Shown: positions 24,770 through 37,800, numbered from the stretch's first letter. The stretch is DNA of 64,000 nt from Eledone cirrhosa (GCA_964016885.1 OZ024757.1:30628001-30692000); one strand, 5' to 3'. The notes: generated by a model from the letters alone, not told the origin. Translations and numbers: made by a program.

Positions 24770-25680
24770 GAGAGTTAGGAGCGGAGGAATGGTTTGTTAG
24801 AATAGTGATGACAATGTATGTGTGAGCGTATACAGTCGTTAAAGATGGAAAAAGGGGGGAACAGTGATGAGTTTGAGGTGAAAGTAGCGGTGCATCAAGG
24901 GTCAGTAATAAGCCCACTATTATTTGTAGTTGTGATGGAGGTACTACCCTGAAGCGTGAAGGATGGTTTACCGTGGGAGGTGGTATGCATAAATGACCTG
25001 GTATTAATATCAGTAAGTATGGATGGACCGAGGGAGAAGATGAATAGGTGAAAGGAATGTATGGAGGTATGAAGGTAAATATTGGAAACAACAGAAAGGT
25101 GGGGTGGCCGTGTACTAGAAGGGTGTTGGAATGAACTCCAGTAAATGTATGACATGCACTGGGTGGTTACATTGAAAATGCAGTGGTGTGAAGAGATTAT
25201 TAAATAATGTGGCAGCTACATTTAAGTGTAAAATGTGTAAGGAGGGAGCTACAGATTGAGACGATGTTGAACTGTATTTTGGTAATGGTGTAAAAACATT
25301 TTGTTGCGTTGGAGACATTGAATGGAGAAGATGGATCAGACTCTGTGACAGAATCTAGAGGGAGATGTGCGTGGAAGAAGTTCTGGGAACTGTGTGGTCT
25401 GCTAATGTGAAGGGGAGTATCTCTGAAACTGAAGAGAAAGGAGGATCAGACTCTGTGACAGAATGTAGAGGGAGATGTGCATGGAAGAAGTTCTGGGAAC
25501 TGTGTGATGTGCTAATGTGGAGGGGGAATGTGATCAGACTCCGTGACAGAATCTAGAAGATGTGCATGGAAGAAGTTCTGGGAACTGTGGTGTGCTAATG
25601 TGGAGGGGAGTGTCTCTGAAACTGAAGAGAATGGTGTATGCTGCATGTGTGAGAAGCACCATAATTTATGGGAGGAATTT
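24770..25680 (+). mobile_element. Degenerate RTE-like LINE ORF2 fragment
   Basis: VHQGSVISPLLFVVVME reverse-transcriptase motif near 24890-24940, Cys-rich segment, and triplicated CAWKKFWEL segment at 25330-25610. Confidence 0.8.
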
Positions 25681-25824
25681 CCCAATTAAAACTTGACCAT
25701 GTACAGACTGGCTTGACCAGTGGTAAGTTATGTCTATTGTCCCCGTTTTAATCACTATAATGTTAATAGATTTCCTATGATAGTGATGATATATTTAATG
25801 TTTGTTATATTTCCTAAATATAAG

Positions 25825-26240
25825 ATTGGCAGAATTGGTAGAGCATCAGATAATATGCCATTGTGGCATTTGATCTGGCTATTTACATTCTGAGTTCAAA
25901 TCCCACCATGGTCAACTTCGCCTTTCATTCTTCTCGGGTGTTTGATAAAATAAAAAGTACCAGTCACAGACCTGTCAACACTCCCTGTCCGATGGGGAAA
26001 TCTCCTACCCACTTTGAGGTGGGGTGAGAGATGTCTTCTCTTGTGAAAATGGGTATAGCTTTCATTATGTAAAATCTCACCCATCTTGCCTCATTTCTCC
26101 CCGTTTTGGAGCACTTTTTTTTCATAGTACTCCCCGTTTGTTTGGGTTTTTAGAGTTTGGCAGGTCTGATACATACAAGTACTGGGGGTTGAATTAATCA
26201 ACTTTGCCCTTCTTCCAAATTTGAAGGCCTTTGTGCCTGA
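25825..26240 (+). mobile_element. SINE interrupted by a 202-bp TIR element (25967-26168)
   Basis: SINE head gattggcagaattggtagagc, B-box gagttcaaatccc and core; insert bounded by cagacctgtcaac / gtttggcaggtctg; a second copy of the insert lies in reverse at about 50510-50670. Confidence 0.75.
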
Positions 26241-28249
26241 ATTAGACAGTAATATTTCCTAAATTTGTTGCTGGTGCAAAAACTATTCACACCCTGTTTA
26301 CTTACACTAGTCACCGTGCATGGCTTCTCACAGCAGAGATCATGAATCAATGTCTAACGAAACACAGCAATTATTTTGCTCATAATTGTTGATATGAAGA
26401 AATCAGAAATAAATGACATTGTTAATGATGAAAGACTGTCTTTTCTTTTGTTGTTGCGTTTATCTAGACATAAATTTTTACTAAAGAAATATACTATCTA
26501 CAAACAGTGTTAACCACACAATTTATTTCCCATAAAATTACACACACAAAACATTGGATGGGGTGGATTAAAATGTTTTTCTTTAATTTTTTTATTTTGC
26601 TTGCTTGTTTGTTTGTTTGTTTTTCATTTTCTGAAAATAAAAAAAAATTCTATATTTCAATTTACTTAACATAATGAGTGTAAAACGAACTCAGTTCCTA
26701 AGCTGAGCTGTACAAAGAGATGATGCACACAAAAATACCAAACAGCTTTGGATAACTCCCCAACACCACACCATCACCACCATATACATTCGCAAGCAGA
26801 CGATAATTATAAACTGTAGGGCAGAAGATGATGGTGCCCCCCCCTCCTCCTCCTAGTAACTCTCACCACCCTTCCACCTCACCTCACACGCTCTTTTCAG
26901 GCAATAACGTGCACTATCGTACGACAATTTCCATTCCCCGATCTATTTCTCTTCAAATGTTTTTATGTATACATATTACACTGTCTTGTGTTTAGAAGTT
27001 GTTATTTTCATGCATAAAAGTGGTTGTATTGCTTGTTTGTTTTTTTTTTGTTTTGTTTTTAGTTTGTTTCTTTTGTTGTTGTTCTTTTTTTACGCCCAAT
27101 AAAAAAATAAATTCCGTCGGAACGTATCTTATATCATAATATAAAAATAGGTTTCGAGTTGCGACAAGATTTTCAGGGACGCAATACTTTCGTAACGCGG
27201 GGAATTCCTCGTCTAGACTGTGATCTCATCCTACATACACGTACATACAGATATACATATACACACGCGTACATAAACACATATACAAGTATATATATAT
27301 GTACATAAGCATACATAAACACACATACAAGTATATATATAATCCTTATCGAGCCCTCTTCCGATTTTAATCTTCATAATTATTATTACTATATATATAT
27401 ATATATATACACACACATAGACACGTACATATACACAAACAAATAAGCATACGTATACACGGGTATTCAGACACGCATACAAATATTTGCACACGTGTAC
27501 ACACATATATGTATATGTGTGTACACGTGTGCAAATATTTCACACATAAATAGACACATGAAAATATAAGTATACACACGCACCCCCCATTCACCCAGGC
27601 AGATACGGTATTGAGTCGAAACTAAGCGATATCGTAACATTTCGACAACGAGGCTAAATTAAGCCAAAAACAAAACAGAAAAACCCGCGTAATTTCGAAG
27701 TCAAACCACAAAGGCCGGAATGGATTGTATTCATGATAGAATGTGTTTTTATATTTTTAAAATTTCATTCTAGACAATTCAATTAACATTATCGGATAGT
27801 TTATCTCTCTATCTTACTTGCAAGTTTTATCTTAACATTCCAATGTAACTACCCGTTAATTGTAAATATATTATTTGATATAAATTAAATATCAATTGAG
27901 TAGATTATCGCCACCACATCAACCTCGTCTCAAACCCTTAGTATATTTGAATACCAAATATATTTGGAAACAACCTATATTTTTCAGGTATGTATTATTG
28001 TCTCAACTAAGACTTCCGATCATGTTTTTTGTTTTAGTGTTTATATTACTGTATCAATTCACAAGTTCTGTTCGACTGTGTCAAACAGGATATGTACGTG
28101 TGTGTCCGAGTATGTCTGAAGCTTGATCTGTTGAAGGGGACCTCTTCGACAAAATCCCAAACCTCATTCGCTTGCCAAGTGAGGTGGGCCTCGTCAAATC
28201 AGACCAAGTCTTTCCATTGCTGCTACTATCCACCGGTCGCAACTCCTGG

Positions 28250-30822
28250 CAGAAGGAGTAACGTGAAATAAAGTGCTTTGCTCAAGGACACAACGCATCA
28301 ACCCGTCCGAGAATTGAACCTCACGATTGCGAATCCGACTCTCTAACCACTAAGCCACGCGCCTTCACAACCAGGGACAAATAGGGCAACAGTTATCTCT
28401 GTCTGTGTGGGGAGAAGAGTCATACCGAGGTTAGGGTCCCTGGAGTTAAAGTTTCAAGGTAAATGTGTTAACTGATAATCAGCAAACCGATATCGATTAT
28501 CGACAGAAACCCTTCCACTTTTACGCTTGACCATATTAACCCATGGCTGCCCCTGTGATTTCGGGCCCCATCTTTTGCACTTGGTCCCTGGGATACCTCT
28601 AGCCTTCAACTTAACCTCTATGCCAAGCTCCGAGGGGCCTCTAGTGATAAACCTAACCAGCCACTGCACAAGTCGAACCTTACTCATATCCCCAAGGGGA
28701 AGTCCTTTTTATTTTTCTTGCAATCGACAAATTCCCAGACATCATGAGCTTACAGAGTGGGGTGGAATTCGACAGATCAGACCCGAGAAACGATGTTTCC
28801 ATTATTCTTTCCAATTGCTGATACAAACTAGTCGCAACTCCAGGTAGGAGCAACGTTAAATAAAGTATCTTGCTCAAGGACATAATGCATCGCTCGACCT
28901 GAAATCGAAATCAACTTAACGATTGCGAATCCAACTTTCTAACCACTAAACCACGCGTTCAGGTCCTCATATGCTACTAATGCGGTTTGCCAGCTAAAAC
29001 ATGTCAACCTCAAAACAAACCTGATGAACTAGGAAGTTAAACCAGACACGCTGTTGTGAAGGGAGTTTACAGCAATGCTAAGTCTGATTAAAGGAGTTTG
29101 TTTTCCACTCTTGTGACCAATGTCTTTGGGACAGAGTTGAACTAACAAGGGAACCACTGTACGATCGTCAACGTGCCAGAAAAAGCAGCCAAATCCCTGT
29201 AAATAACCACATTTACACTTCAGCACGGCAACCCACTTATATTTTCCCGCCACATTCCATTTATTTACCCCCATTAACAAAGAGGTCAGCAACTTCTCCA
29301 CATACATACACACACACACACACATTTACTGACACATACATTGTAGTGATATCGGGTCTTTCTGATCCCTAATATTTGATGGGTTGGTTGGATGGTCTGA
29401 TGTCAAAAGTCACGTTTAACATCGGATAGAGAAAGAATTAATCATGGACTGAAGTAGGAACACACACACATAAGCAATCATGTACTGTGACACTCACACA
29501 CCTACACAAACATATACATATACAAGCATCTACACGTACATACATAAAAAATTATTGTCTGCTTTTGGCAACAGTGAATGCTTTTTAAGGGGTTCGTACA
29601 AAGTTTACATTTCCACTTTACAATTTCTTTCGTTGTTTTTTCATTAGCAATATTTTATGAATGTGAATGTGATTATACCGAAATCGTTGGTATTTTGTCG
29701 TCTGGTTTCATTCAAATATTGATTTTGTTCAAAGTATTTTTAACCGGTAGAGCAACCAAATAGTGACTTAGTGGCGTATCTTTTAAAAGGGGAAGTAATT
29801 CGGGAACACCTTTTTCTATAAGCTTTCCAGATTTACCTCCCTTGCTCTATTAAATTGATTTAATTTAGTTAAGAATTTATTCAACTGGTTTTCTCTTACA
29901 CTTCTAAAGTTGGTCTGAGTTCAAATCCCGCCGAGGTTAACTTTGCCTTTCATCCTTACGGGGTCGATAAAATAAAGTACCAGTAATGCACTGGATAATT
30001 TGCTGGCCTTGTGCCAAAAGTAGAAACAATTATCACCTAGTACATTGATAAAGATATCACTCGGCTAATCGCTGAAATGTCAGTAGTTCCGATTAAGTAC
30101 TAACTTGTTCTGTGACGACCCGTCCAACCCATGCTAGCTGGAAAAACCGACGTTAAATGATATGGCTTTACTCAGAATAGAATATCTAATGAAAAAGTCA
30201 ATAAAATTTTGCATTAAACATGTATATATTCACAAAATGGGTGTCGAATTGTGTCCTTGAGCAAGACGCTTTATTTCATGTTGCTCCAGGCAACTTAGCT
30301 GGCAAAAAAATGAGTTGTACCTGTAATTCAAGGGGCCAACTTTGTGTCACACTGATTCTCCCTTACGACTGCATTAAGGGTACTCGAGTCTGTGGAATGC
30401 TCAACTATTTATACGTTAATTTCAACAACAGGCAGTTCCGTTGTTTGAATCAACTGGTGCACTCATCGTAGGAAACGACGGAGATCCAAGAGTATTAACG
30501 TCAACACACGCGACAGACAAACGTAGAGATCTGTTTAAAGTCTGTCTCGAGCCCAGAGCTCCACCAAGCTGATGCTTATCCCGGTATTCGTGGCATGAAG
30601 CGACTGAGTACAAGACTCGTTGGACAGGACGCCAGTCCATCGCAGGGTTAAACCTCCAGCTATTGCAGGGAAAAGCGGACGTAAAGTGATGATGATATAC
30701 TGAATCAACGTGAAATGAAGTGTTTTGCTCAAGAACACAACACACAAGCCAGTCTAGGAATCGAACCCACGACATTATGATCATAAGTCCAACACCCTTA
30801 CCACTAGGCCACACACCTCCAC
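28250..30822. mobile_element. Cluster of SINE copies (28250-28368, 28810-28960, 29905-30030, 30240-30480, 30550-30822) upstream of FLASH B
   Basis: Shared ttgctcaaggacacaac / gaatcgaaccc / taaccactaggccac blocks and the second-family core; absent from the paralogous region of copy A. Confidence 0.7.
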
Positions 30823-31161
30823 AAATCTGTTTTGTTGAGTATATTTCGGCAGAGGTTGTATGATGATGTAAACAATAAACGATTTTATTTATTTATTTTT
30901 TTTATTATATATTTTATTTCAAAATAGTGAAATATATCCGTAGGGTAAAATTACTTAAAAATGATAAAGAATTTAATATTTAGTCAAACAAACAGAAAAA
31001 GAAAGCAGTATTGGAAAGGACTATAAATGCCATAAATGAGAGAGAAAGAGCAAGGACTATTAGGTAACAGAAAAAAGAAAGAGGGAAGAAGGTGACAGGC
31101 TGTACATCTAGGTCAGAGTGGTGTTTCAGCTGCGCCCTACGGACAAACTGACCGAGGCAGT

Positions 31162-31922
31162 TTAACCCTTTAGCATTTATATTACTCTATATATACTATT
31201 GTATTTTTGTGGTAAAGGCTTTATCTCACATAATATTGGATCTATGAGATTTTGATATTAATCTTGAGAACAATACCTTCCCATAAGTATGAGTAGCCAG
31301 TTATAGCCGATTCGAACAGAAAGAAGTGAGAATTCTTGCTGGACATGGCTGGTTTAAATGCTAAAGGGTTAACGGACAATGGCCATTGACACCTACCCCA
31401 CCTCATAGGGCTCCTTCCTTGGACAAGCTGCTTTTTTAACATAATTTAACCCTTTAAGCATTTAAACTGGCCATATATCCGGCCAGCATTCTCTCACTTC
31501 CTTCTGTTAAAACCAGCTGTAACGGGCCACTCATACTGATGTTAAGGTATTGTTCTCAAAATAAATAATATCAAAATCTCATAGATTCAATATTATGTGA
31601 AGTAAAACCATTACCATGAAAATACAATAATAAATATAGAGTAATGTAAATGCTACAGGGTTTACATGCTGACGTGAGGTGCATTAAGTTTATAGCAATT
31701 TATATCAGTTTTGAAGAAATTTTGTCCATTTAACCCTTTAGTATTTACATTACTCTATATATACTATTATATTTTCACCTATCTCACATAATATCGAATC
31801 TATGAGATTTTGATATATATTTTGATAACAATACCGTAACATCAGTATGAGTGGCGTGTTAAAGCCAGTTTGAACAGAAAGAGGTGAGAGAATTCTGGCC
31901 GGTTTAAATACTAAAGGGTTAA
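31162..31922. mobile_element. Three piggyBac-type MITEs of about 190-210 bp in alternating orientation (31166-31368, 31450-31660, 31734-31918)
   Basis: TTAA-CCCTTTAGCATTTA ... TAAATGCTAAAGGG-TTAA: TTAA duplication and CCC/GGG termini; empty sites are visible in the paralogous copy A region at 20180-20255. Confidence 0.85.
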
Positions 31923-32130
31923 GTGGCAAATGCCTTTTGGACAGACTTAAACTCTGCATATTCAAATTTGTTAATGTGTATGAAGAGGCTGTTCTGTTAA
32001 TCAAACAACTGCAACAGTCATCATTAAAACCAATGGAGATCCATTACATTTCATTGCACACAAAGCTAAATTATTCTTAACAACACCACATTGATTTCTT
32101 CTTCTTCCAGTTGATAGTTGACATGTAAAG

Positions 32131-32235
32131 ATGAGTGTCTCTCAGTTTAGTGAACCACAGACAAGTGGTGACCTAGATCTCTATGATGATATTCTCCAGG
32201 AAGACTTGGTTTGTCAGAAGGAATCTCTTGATGAG
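32131..32235 (+). CDS. CASP8AP2: FLASH/CASP8AP2-like copy B, coding exon 1 (LDLY motif)
   Basis: MSVSQFSEPQTSGDLDLYDDILQEDLVCQKESLDE; acceptor at 32110, donor GAG|GTAGGT; 105 coding nt as in copy A. Confidence 0.85.
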
Positions 32236-32451
32236 GTAGGTAAAACAATACATTTCTTAAACATATTTTTACTTTTTTGTTCCCCCCAAACTCTGATACT
32301 CATCAGACCAGTTCTTATCCCAGTTTCCTCACCTTTAAATGCACAGTGCAAGTGATAGTTTGGTTCAGAAGTTTGCTTCATAAATACATGTTTCTTTTTT
32401 AAGCTTGTTTATACTGAGTAATACCTTGAGCAAATATCTTTTACTAGATCT

Positions 32452-32840
32452 TTAACCCTTTGGCATTTGAATTACTCTATATATATACTATTGTAGATAG
32501 AAACACAAATTTCAAACTACTAAATTTCACTGAAAAGACTTCAGTCAACTTAAGGATCTGGTAAAAGATATTTGCTCAAGGTATTGCTTAGTATGAGCAA
32601 ACTTTAAAAAAAAACATGTATTTATGATTCAAACAGTCACTTGCCCTCTCTGTCATTTAAACTGGCCAGAATTCTCTCAGCTCTTTCTGTTCAAACCAGC
32701 TGTAACTGGCCACTCCTACTGATATTAAGGTATTGTTCTCAAAATAAATAATATCAAACTCTCATAGATTACATTTTATGTAAGATAAAGCCTTTACCAT
32801 GAAAATACAATATAGAGTAATGTGAATGTTAAAGGGTTAA
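32452..32840. mobile_element. TTAA-MITE pieces in intron 1 of FLASH B
   Basis: ttaaccctttggcatttg at 32452 and a reverse copy ending aaagggTTAA at 32840. Confidence 0.65.
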
Positions 32841-32905
32841 CTAACATATTTGTTGTTCGGAAACTTTAAATACTCTAACAAAAAATATAATATTCTTTGT
32901 TTCAG

Positions 32906-33096
32906 TTGCAACAGCAATACAAGGAAGCTATCCAGAAGATTGCTACTTTGGAAAATACTCTGAAAGACCACACTGTGACTATGGATACACTGGAGAAGAA
33001 AAACACTTACTTACAAAAGAATATATGGAGTCTCTACAAATCTGCACATGCAGAAATAGAAAGACAAAATGCTGATATTCACACTTTAAGAGAACA
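32906..33096 (+). CDS. CASP8AP2: FLASH-like copy B, coding exon 2 (coiled coil)
   Basis: TTTCAG acceptor, CA|GTAAGT donor, 191 nt; LQQQYKEAIQKIATLENTLKDHTVTMDTLEKKNTYLQKNIWSLYKSAHAEIERQNADIHTLREQ. Confidence 0.85.
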
Positions 33097-33174
33097 GTAA
33101 GTTTCTGGTTCAATTGTCTTTTTATAAATTCTTTTTATAGTCTTTAGTAATTTTTCTATTGATATCTGTTTCGT

Positions 33175-33660
33175 GCCACATCAAAAAGCGCCCAGTCCAC
33201 TCTGTAAAGTGGTTGTGTTTGTGAAACAACAAAAAGCACCCAGTTCATTCTGTAAATTGGTTGTGTTGTGGATATGACAAAAAGCACCCAGTCCACAGTG
33301 TAAAGTGGTCATGTAGGTGTCATGACAAAAAGCACCCAGTCCACATTGTAAAGTGGTCATGTAGGTGTCATGACAAAAAGCACCTAGTCCACACTGGAAA
33401 GTGGTCATGTAGGTGTCACGACAAAAAGCACCCAGTCAACTCTGTAAAGTGGTTGTGTTGGTGACACTTCAAAAAGCGCCTGGTTCACACTATAGTGGTT
33501 GTGTTGGTGAAACGACAAAGAGCACCCTGTCCATTCTGTAAAGTGGTTCTGTTGGGGATATGACAAAAAACACTCAGTCCACTCTGTAAAGTGGTTGTGT
33601 AGGTGTCAATAAAAAAGCACCTAGTCTACTCTGTAAATGTAGTTGGCATTATGATGGGCA
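33175..33660 (-). repeat. 48-bp minisatellite, about 10 units, reverse orientation
   Basis: aaaaagcacccagtccacactgtaaagtggtcatgtaggtgtcatgac units. Confidence 0.9.
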
Positions 33661-33834
33661 TCCAGCTGTAGAAACCAAGCCCAAATCAGTTCTGTATGAG
33701 TAAGACACAGTCATCTGATCTGGCTTGTATGATAATGGGACAATTCATGTAACTCATGCTAGCATGGAAAAATGGACGTTAGACGATCATGGTGATGATG
33801 ATGTTCTGCATAATCGGAAACCATTATTTCTTTG

Positions 33835-34235
33835 AAGAGGCGGTGGATTGGCAGTATCGGTGGAGGGTCGGACGCCATGCTTTCCAGCATAGTTACGTCC
33901 CTTTACGATCTGAGTTCAAATCCCGCCGAGGTTGACTTTGCCTGTCATCCTTACGGGGTCAATAAAATAAAGTACCAGTAATGTACTGGGTAATTGTTGG
34001 CCTTGTGCCTAAAGTAGAAACAATTATTTCTTTGAGGAGGGCGATGGATTGGCAGTATCGGTAGAGGGTCGGACGCCATGCTTTGCAGCAAAGAGTTACG
34101 GCCCTTTATGGTCTGAGTTCAAATCCCGCCAGAGTTAACTTTGCCTTTCATCCTTATGGGGTCGATAAAATAAAATACCAGTAATGCACTGGGATAATTG
34201 CTGGCCTTGTGCCAAAAATAGAAATAATTATTTCT
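33835..34235 (+). mobile_element. Two head-to-tail SINE copies of about 200 bp
   Basis: Each has ggattggcagtatcggtagaggg (A-box-like), tgagttcaaatcccgcc (B-box-like) and the family core. Confidence 0.85.
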
Positions 34236-34872
34236 TTGAAGTAAACAACATGATGGAATTGGATCTCTCAACACTAAACTATCTTATCATCATCACCGTT
34301 TTATGTCCATTCTTCCACGCTAGCATGGTTTAGACGGGTTGTCCTGTTGTGGGCAGTGTCCAGTCGGCTGACCTTGTCTTGCTTATACGGGAACTGATTC
34401 TGGTGTCCACTTTACAGTGTGGGCTGGGTGCTTTTTGCTGTCGCACCGCCACGACCACTTTGCAGTGGGAGGGGGTGGGAGCATATTGTCTATATGCTTT
34501 AGCTTCGGCTTGTACCTGTGGGAAGTCGGGTTTTCTGTATTACTGCGTGACGCCAGAGGTCACGGTCATGTGTCATTGCCCTTGAGAGGTGCAATTGGGT
34601 AAAGTCGGGTTTTATCGTCTCATCTTATATCCATATAAATCAAGTTAACAGGGTGTAGAACATATTTTTTATGTATTTCTTTGCTATATATGTGGTTGGT
34701 GTTAGGAAGGGCATCCAGTTGTGAAAAACCCAGCCAAAATACAGTTCTGTTTGAGCAAGGTACGGGGCGGTCAGTTGGCCAGATTTGTCTCATAATGTGA
34801 TCGACCCATGAAAAAAATAGTTAAAAAGTGATGATGATGATATATTTATTTGATATTTGTTCCTCTTTCTAG

Positions 34873-37800
34873 ATTAGACTCATGTAATAAAGAAACTTTC
34901 ATGAAGAAACCACAGTTAGAATATTCTAAATGGAATGGTGACCCACAAAATCCACAGTCAGAATATTCTAAACACAATGGTGACCCACAAAATCCACAGT
35001 TAGAATATTCTAAATGGAATGGTGACCCTCAAAATCCACTGTCAGAATATTCTAAATGGAATGGTGACCCTCAAAATCCACAATTGGAATATTCTAAATG
35101 GCATGGTGACCCTCAAAAACCACAGATGGAATATTCTAAATGGAATGGTGACTCTCAAAAACCACAGTTGGAATATTCTAAACACAATGGTGAACCTCAA
35201 AATCCAGAATTGGAATATTCTAAACGGAATGGTGACCCTCAAAATCCACAATTGGAATATTCTAAATGGAATGGTGACTCTCAAAATCCACAATTGGAAT
35301 ATTTTAAATATCATGGTGATTCTCAAAAACCACAGTCTGAACATTTTAAACACAATAGTGACCCTCAAAAACCACAGTTGGAATATTCTAAACACAATGG
35401 TGACCCTCAAAATCCACAATTGGAATATTCTAAACGGAATGGTGACCCTCAAAAACCACAGTTGGAATATTCTAAACACAATGGTGACCCTGAAAATCCA
35501 CAATTGGAATATTCGAAATGGAACGCTGACCCTCAAAAACCACAGTTGGAATATTCTAAATGGAATGATGACCTTCAAAATTCACAGTTGGAACATTCTA
35601 AACACAATGGTGACCCTCAAAAACCACAGTTGGAATATTCTAAACACAATGGTGACCCTCAAAAACCACAGTTGGAATATTCTAAACACAATGGTGACCC
35701 TCAAAAACCACAGTTGGAATATTCTAAACACAGTGGTAACCCTCAAAAACCACAGTTGGAATATTCTAAACACAATGGTGACCCTCAAAAACCACAGATG
35801 GAATATTCTAAACACAATGGTAACCCTCAAAAACCACAGTTGGAATATTCTAAATACAATGGTAACCCTCAAAAACCACAGTTGGAATATTCTAAACACA
35901 ATGGTGACCCTAAAAAACCACAGATGGAATATTCTAAACACAGTGGTAACCCTCAAAAACCACAGTTGGAATATTCTAAACACAATGGTGACCCTCAAAA
36001 ACCACCGATGGAATATTCTAAACACAATGGTAACCCTCAAAAACCACAGTTGGAATATTCTAAACACAATGGTAACCCTCAAAAACCACAGTTGGAATAT
36101 TCTAAACACAATGGTGACCCTCAAAAACCACAGTTGGAATATTCTAAATGGAATGATGACCTTCAAAATTCACAGTTGGAATATTCTAAACACAATGGTG
36201 ACCCTAAAAAACCACAGATGGAATATTCTAAATGGAATGGTGACCCTCAAAAACCACAGATGGAATATTCTAAATGGAATGGTGACCCTCAAAAACCACA
36301 GATGGAATATTCTAAATGGAATGGTGACCCTCAAAAACCACAGTTGGAATATTCTAAACACAATGGTGACCCTCAAAAACCACAGATGGAATATTCTAAA
36401 CACAATGGTAACCCTCAAAAACCACAGTTGGAATATTCTAAACACAATGGTAACCCTCAAAAACCACAGTTGGAATATTCTAAACACAATGGTGACCCTC
36501 AAAAACCACAGTTGGAATATTCTAAATGGAATGATGACCTTCAAAATTCACAGTTGGAATATTCTAAACACAATGGTGACCCTAAAAAACCACAGATGGA
36601 ATATTCTAAATGGAATGGTGACCCTCAAAAACCACAGATGGAATATTCTAAATGGAATGGTGACCCTCAAAAACCACAGATGGAATATTCTAAATGGAAT
36701 GGTGACCCTCAAAAACCACAGTTGGAATATTCTAAACACAATGGTGACCCTCAAAAACCACAGATGGAATATTCTAAACGGAATGGTGACCCTCAAAAAC
36801 CACAGTTGGAACATTTTAAACGGAATAGTGATTCTCACAAATCACAGGCGGTACATTCTAAATCAAATGGTGAGTCTCGAAAACCACGGTTGGAATATTC
36901 TAAATGGAATGACCCTCAAAAACCACGGTTGGAATATTCTAAACGGAATGGTGACCCTCAAAAACCACAGTCGGAATATTCTAAATGGAATGACCCTCAA
37001 AAACCACATATGGAATATTCTAAACGGAATGGTGACCCTCAAAAACCACAGTCCGAATATTCTAAATGGAATGACCCTCAAAAACCACGGTTGGAATATT
37101 CTAAACGGAATGGTGACCCTCAAAAACCACAGTCCGAATATTCTAAATCAAATGTTGATATACAAAAACCACAGTTAAAATATTCTAAACGGAACAGTGA
37201 CTCTCGAAAACCACAGTTGGAACATTTTAAACGCAATGGTGAGTCTCGAAAACCGCAGTCGGAATATTATAACCGGAACAGTGACTCTAAAAGGCCACAT
37301 TCAGAATATTCTAAATGGAACGGTGACTCTCAGAGAAATATCAAACCTCATCAAAGAGATTCCAGGCGAAATGAAAGAAAAGATTCTAAAGAAAACAAAA
37401 GGAAAAGTTCCAAATATTGTGATATCGAAAATGCAAAATATTCTGATAAATCCAGATCTAGATATTCTAGCTCAAGGGAGCAGAGATATGGAGAAGAAAG
37501 ATATGAGAGAAAACTTTCATGTCATCGAGATTTGCAAAATTCTGAAGCAAAAAGAAACAGATCTTTAGAAACAAAAGCAAGACATTTCACAAAGAAGAGT
37601 AATTCTTCTAGTACAAATGTAGAAAATTCCTCAAATGAACACAGGAAGTTAGATACAAAACAAAATGGTCGCCAAAAGCCATCTTCATCCTCACAAAAAT
37701 CATATGTGAGTTATGTGCAAACAAAATGTCGTAGTGCTCCACTGAGAGAGAAGCAAAGTGTACATAATGATTGCTATGAGATTGGTAATACAACAAGACA

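Noticed and set aside
33835-34235. tRNA genes suggested by A/B-box-like motifs
   Set aside because: No cloverleaf; they are heads of multi-copy SINEs.
34850-34872. ORF-track start MIFVPLSR for the 1328-aa ORF
   Set aside because: Non-ATG start inside the intron's polypyrimidine tract; the real entry is the acceptor at 34872.
35019-37178. 719-aa alternate-frame ORF and antisense RIFQLWFLRVTI ORFs
   Set aside because: By-products of a repeat unit that lacks stops in those frames; they end with the array, while only the KPQLEYSK frame is continuous with the spliced exons.
34907-37333. CRISPR-like appearance of the 42-bp array
   Set aside because: Contiguous tandem units with no unique spacers, inside a eukaryotic exon, and no cas genes.
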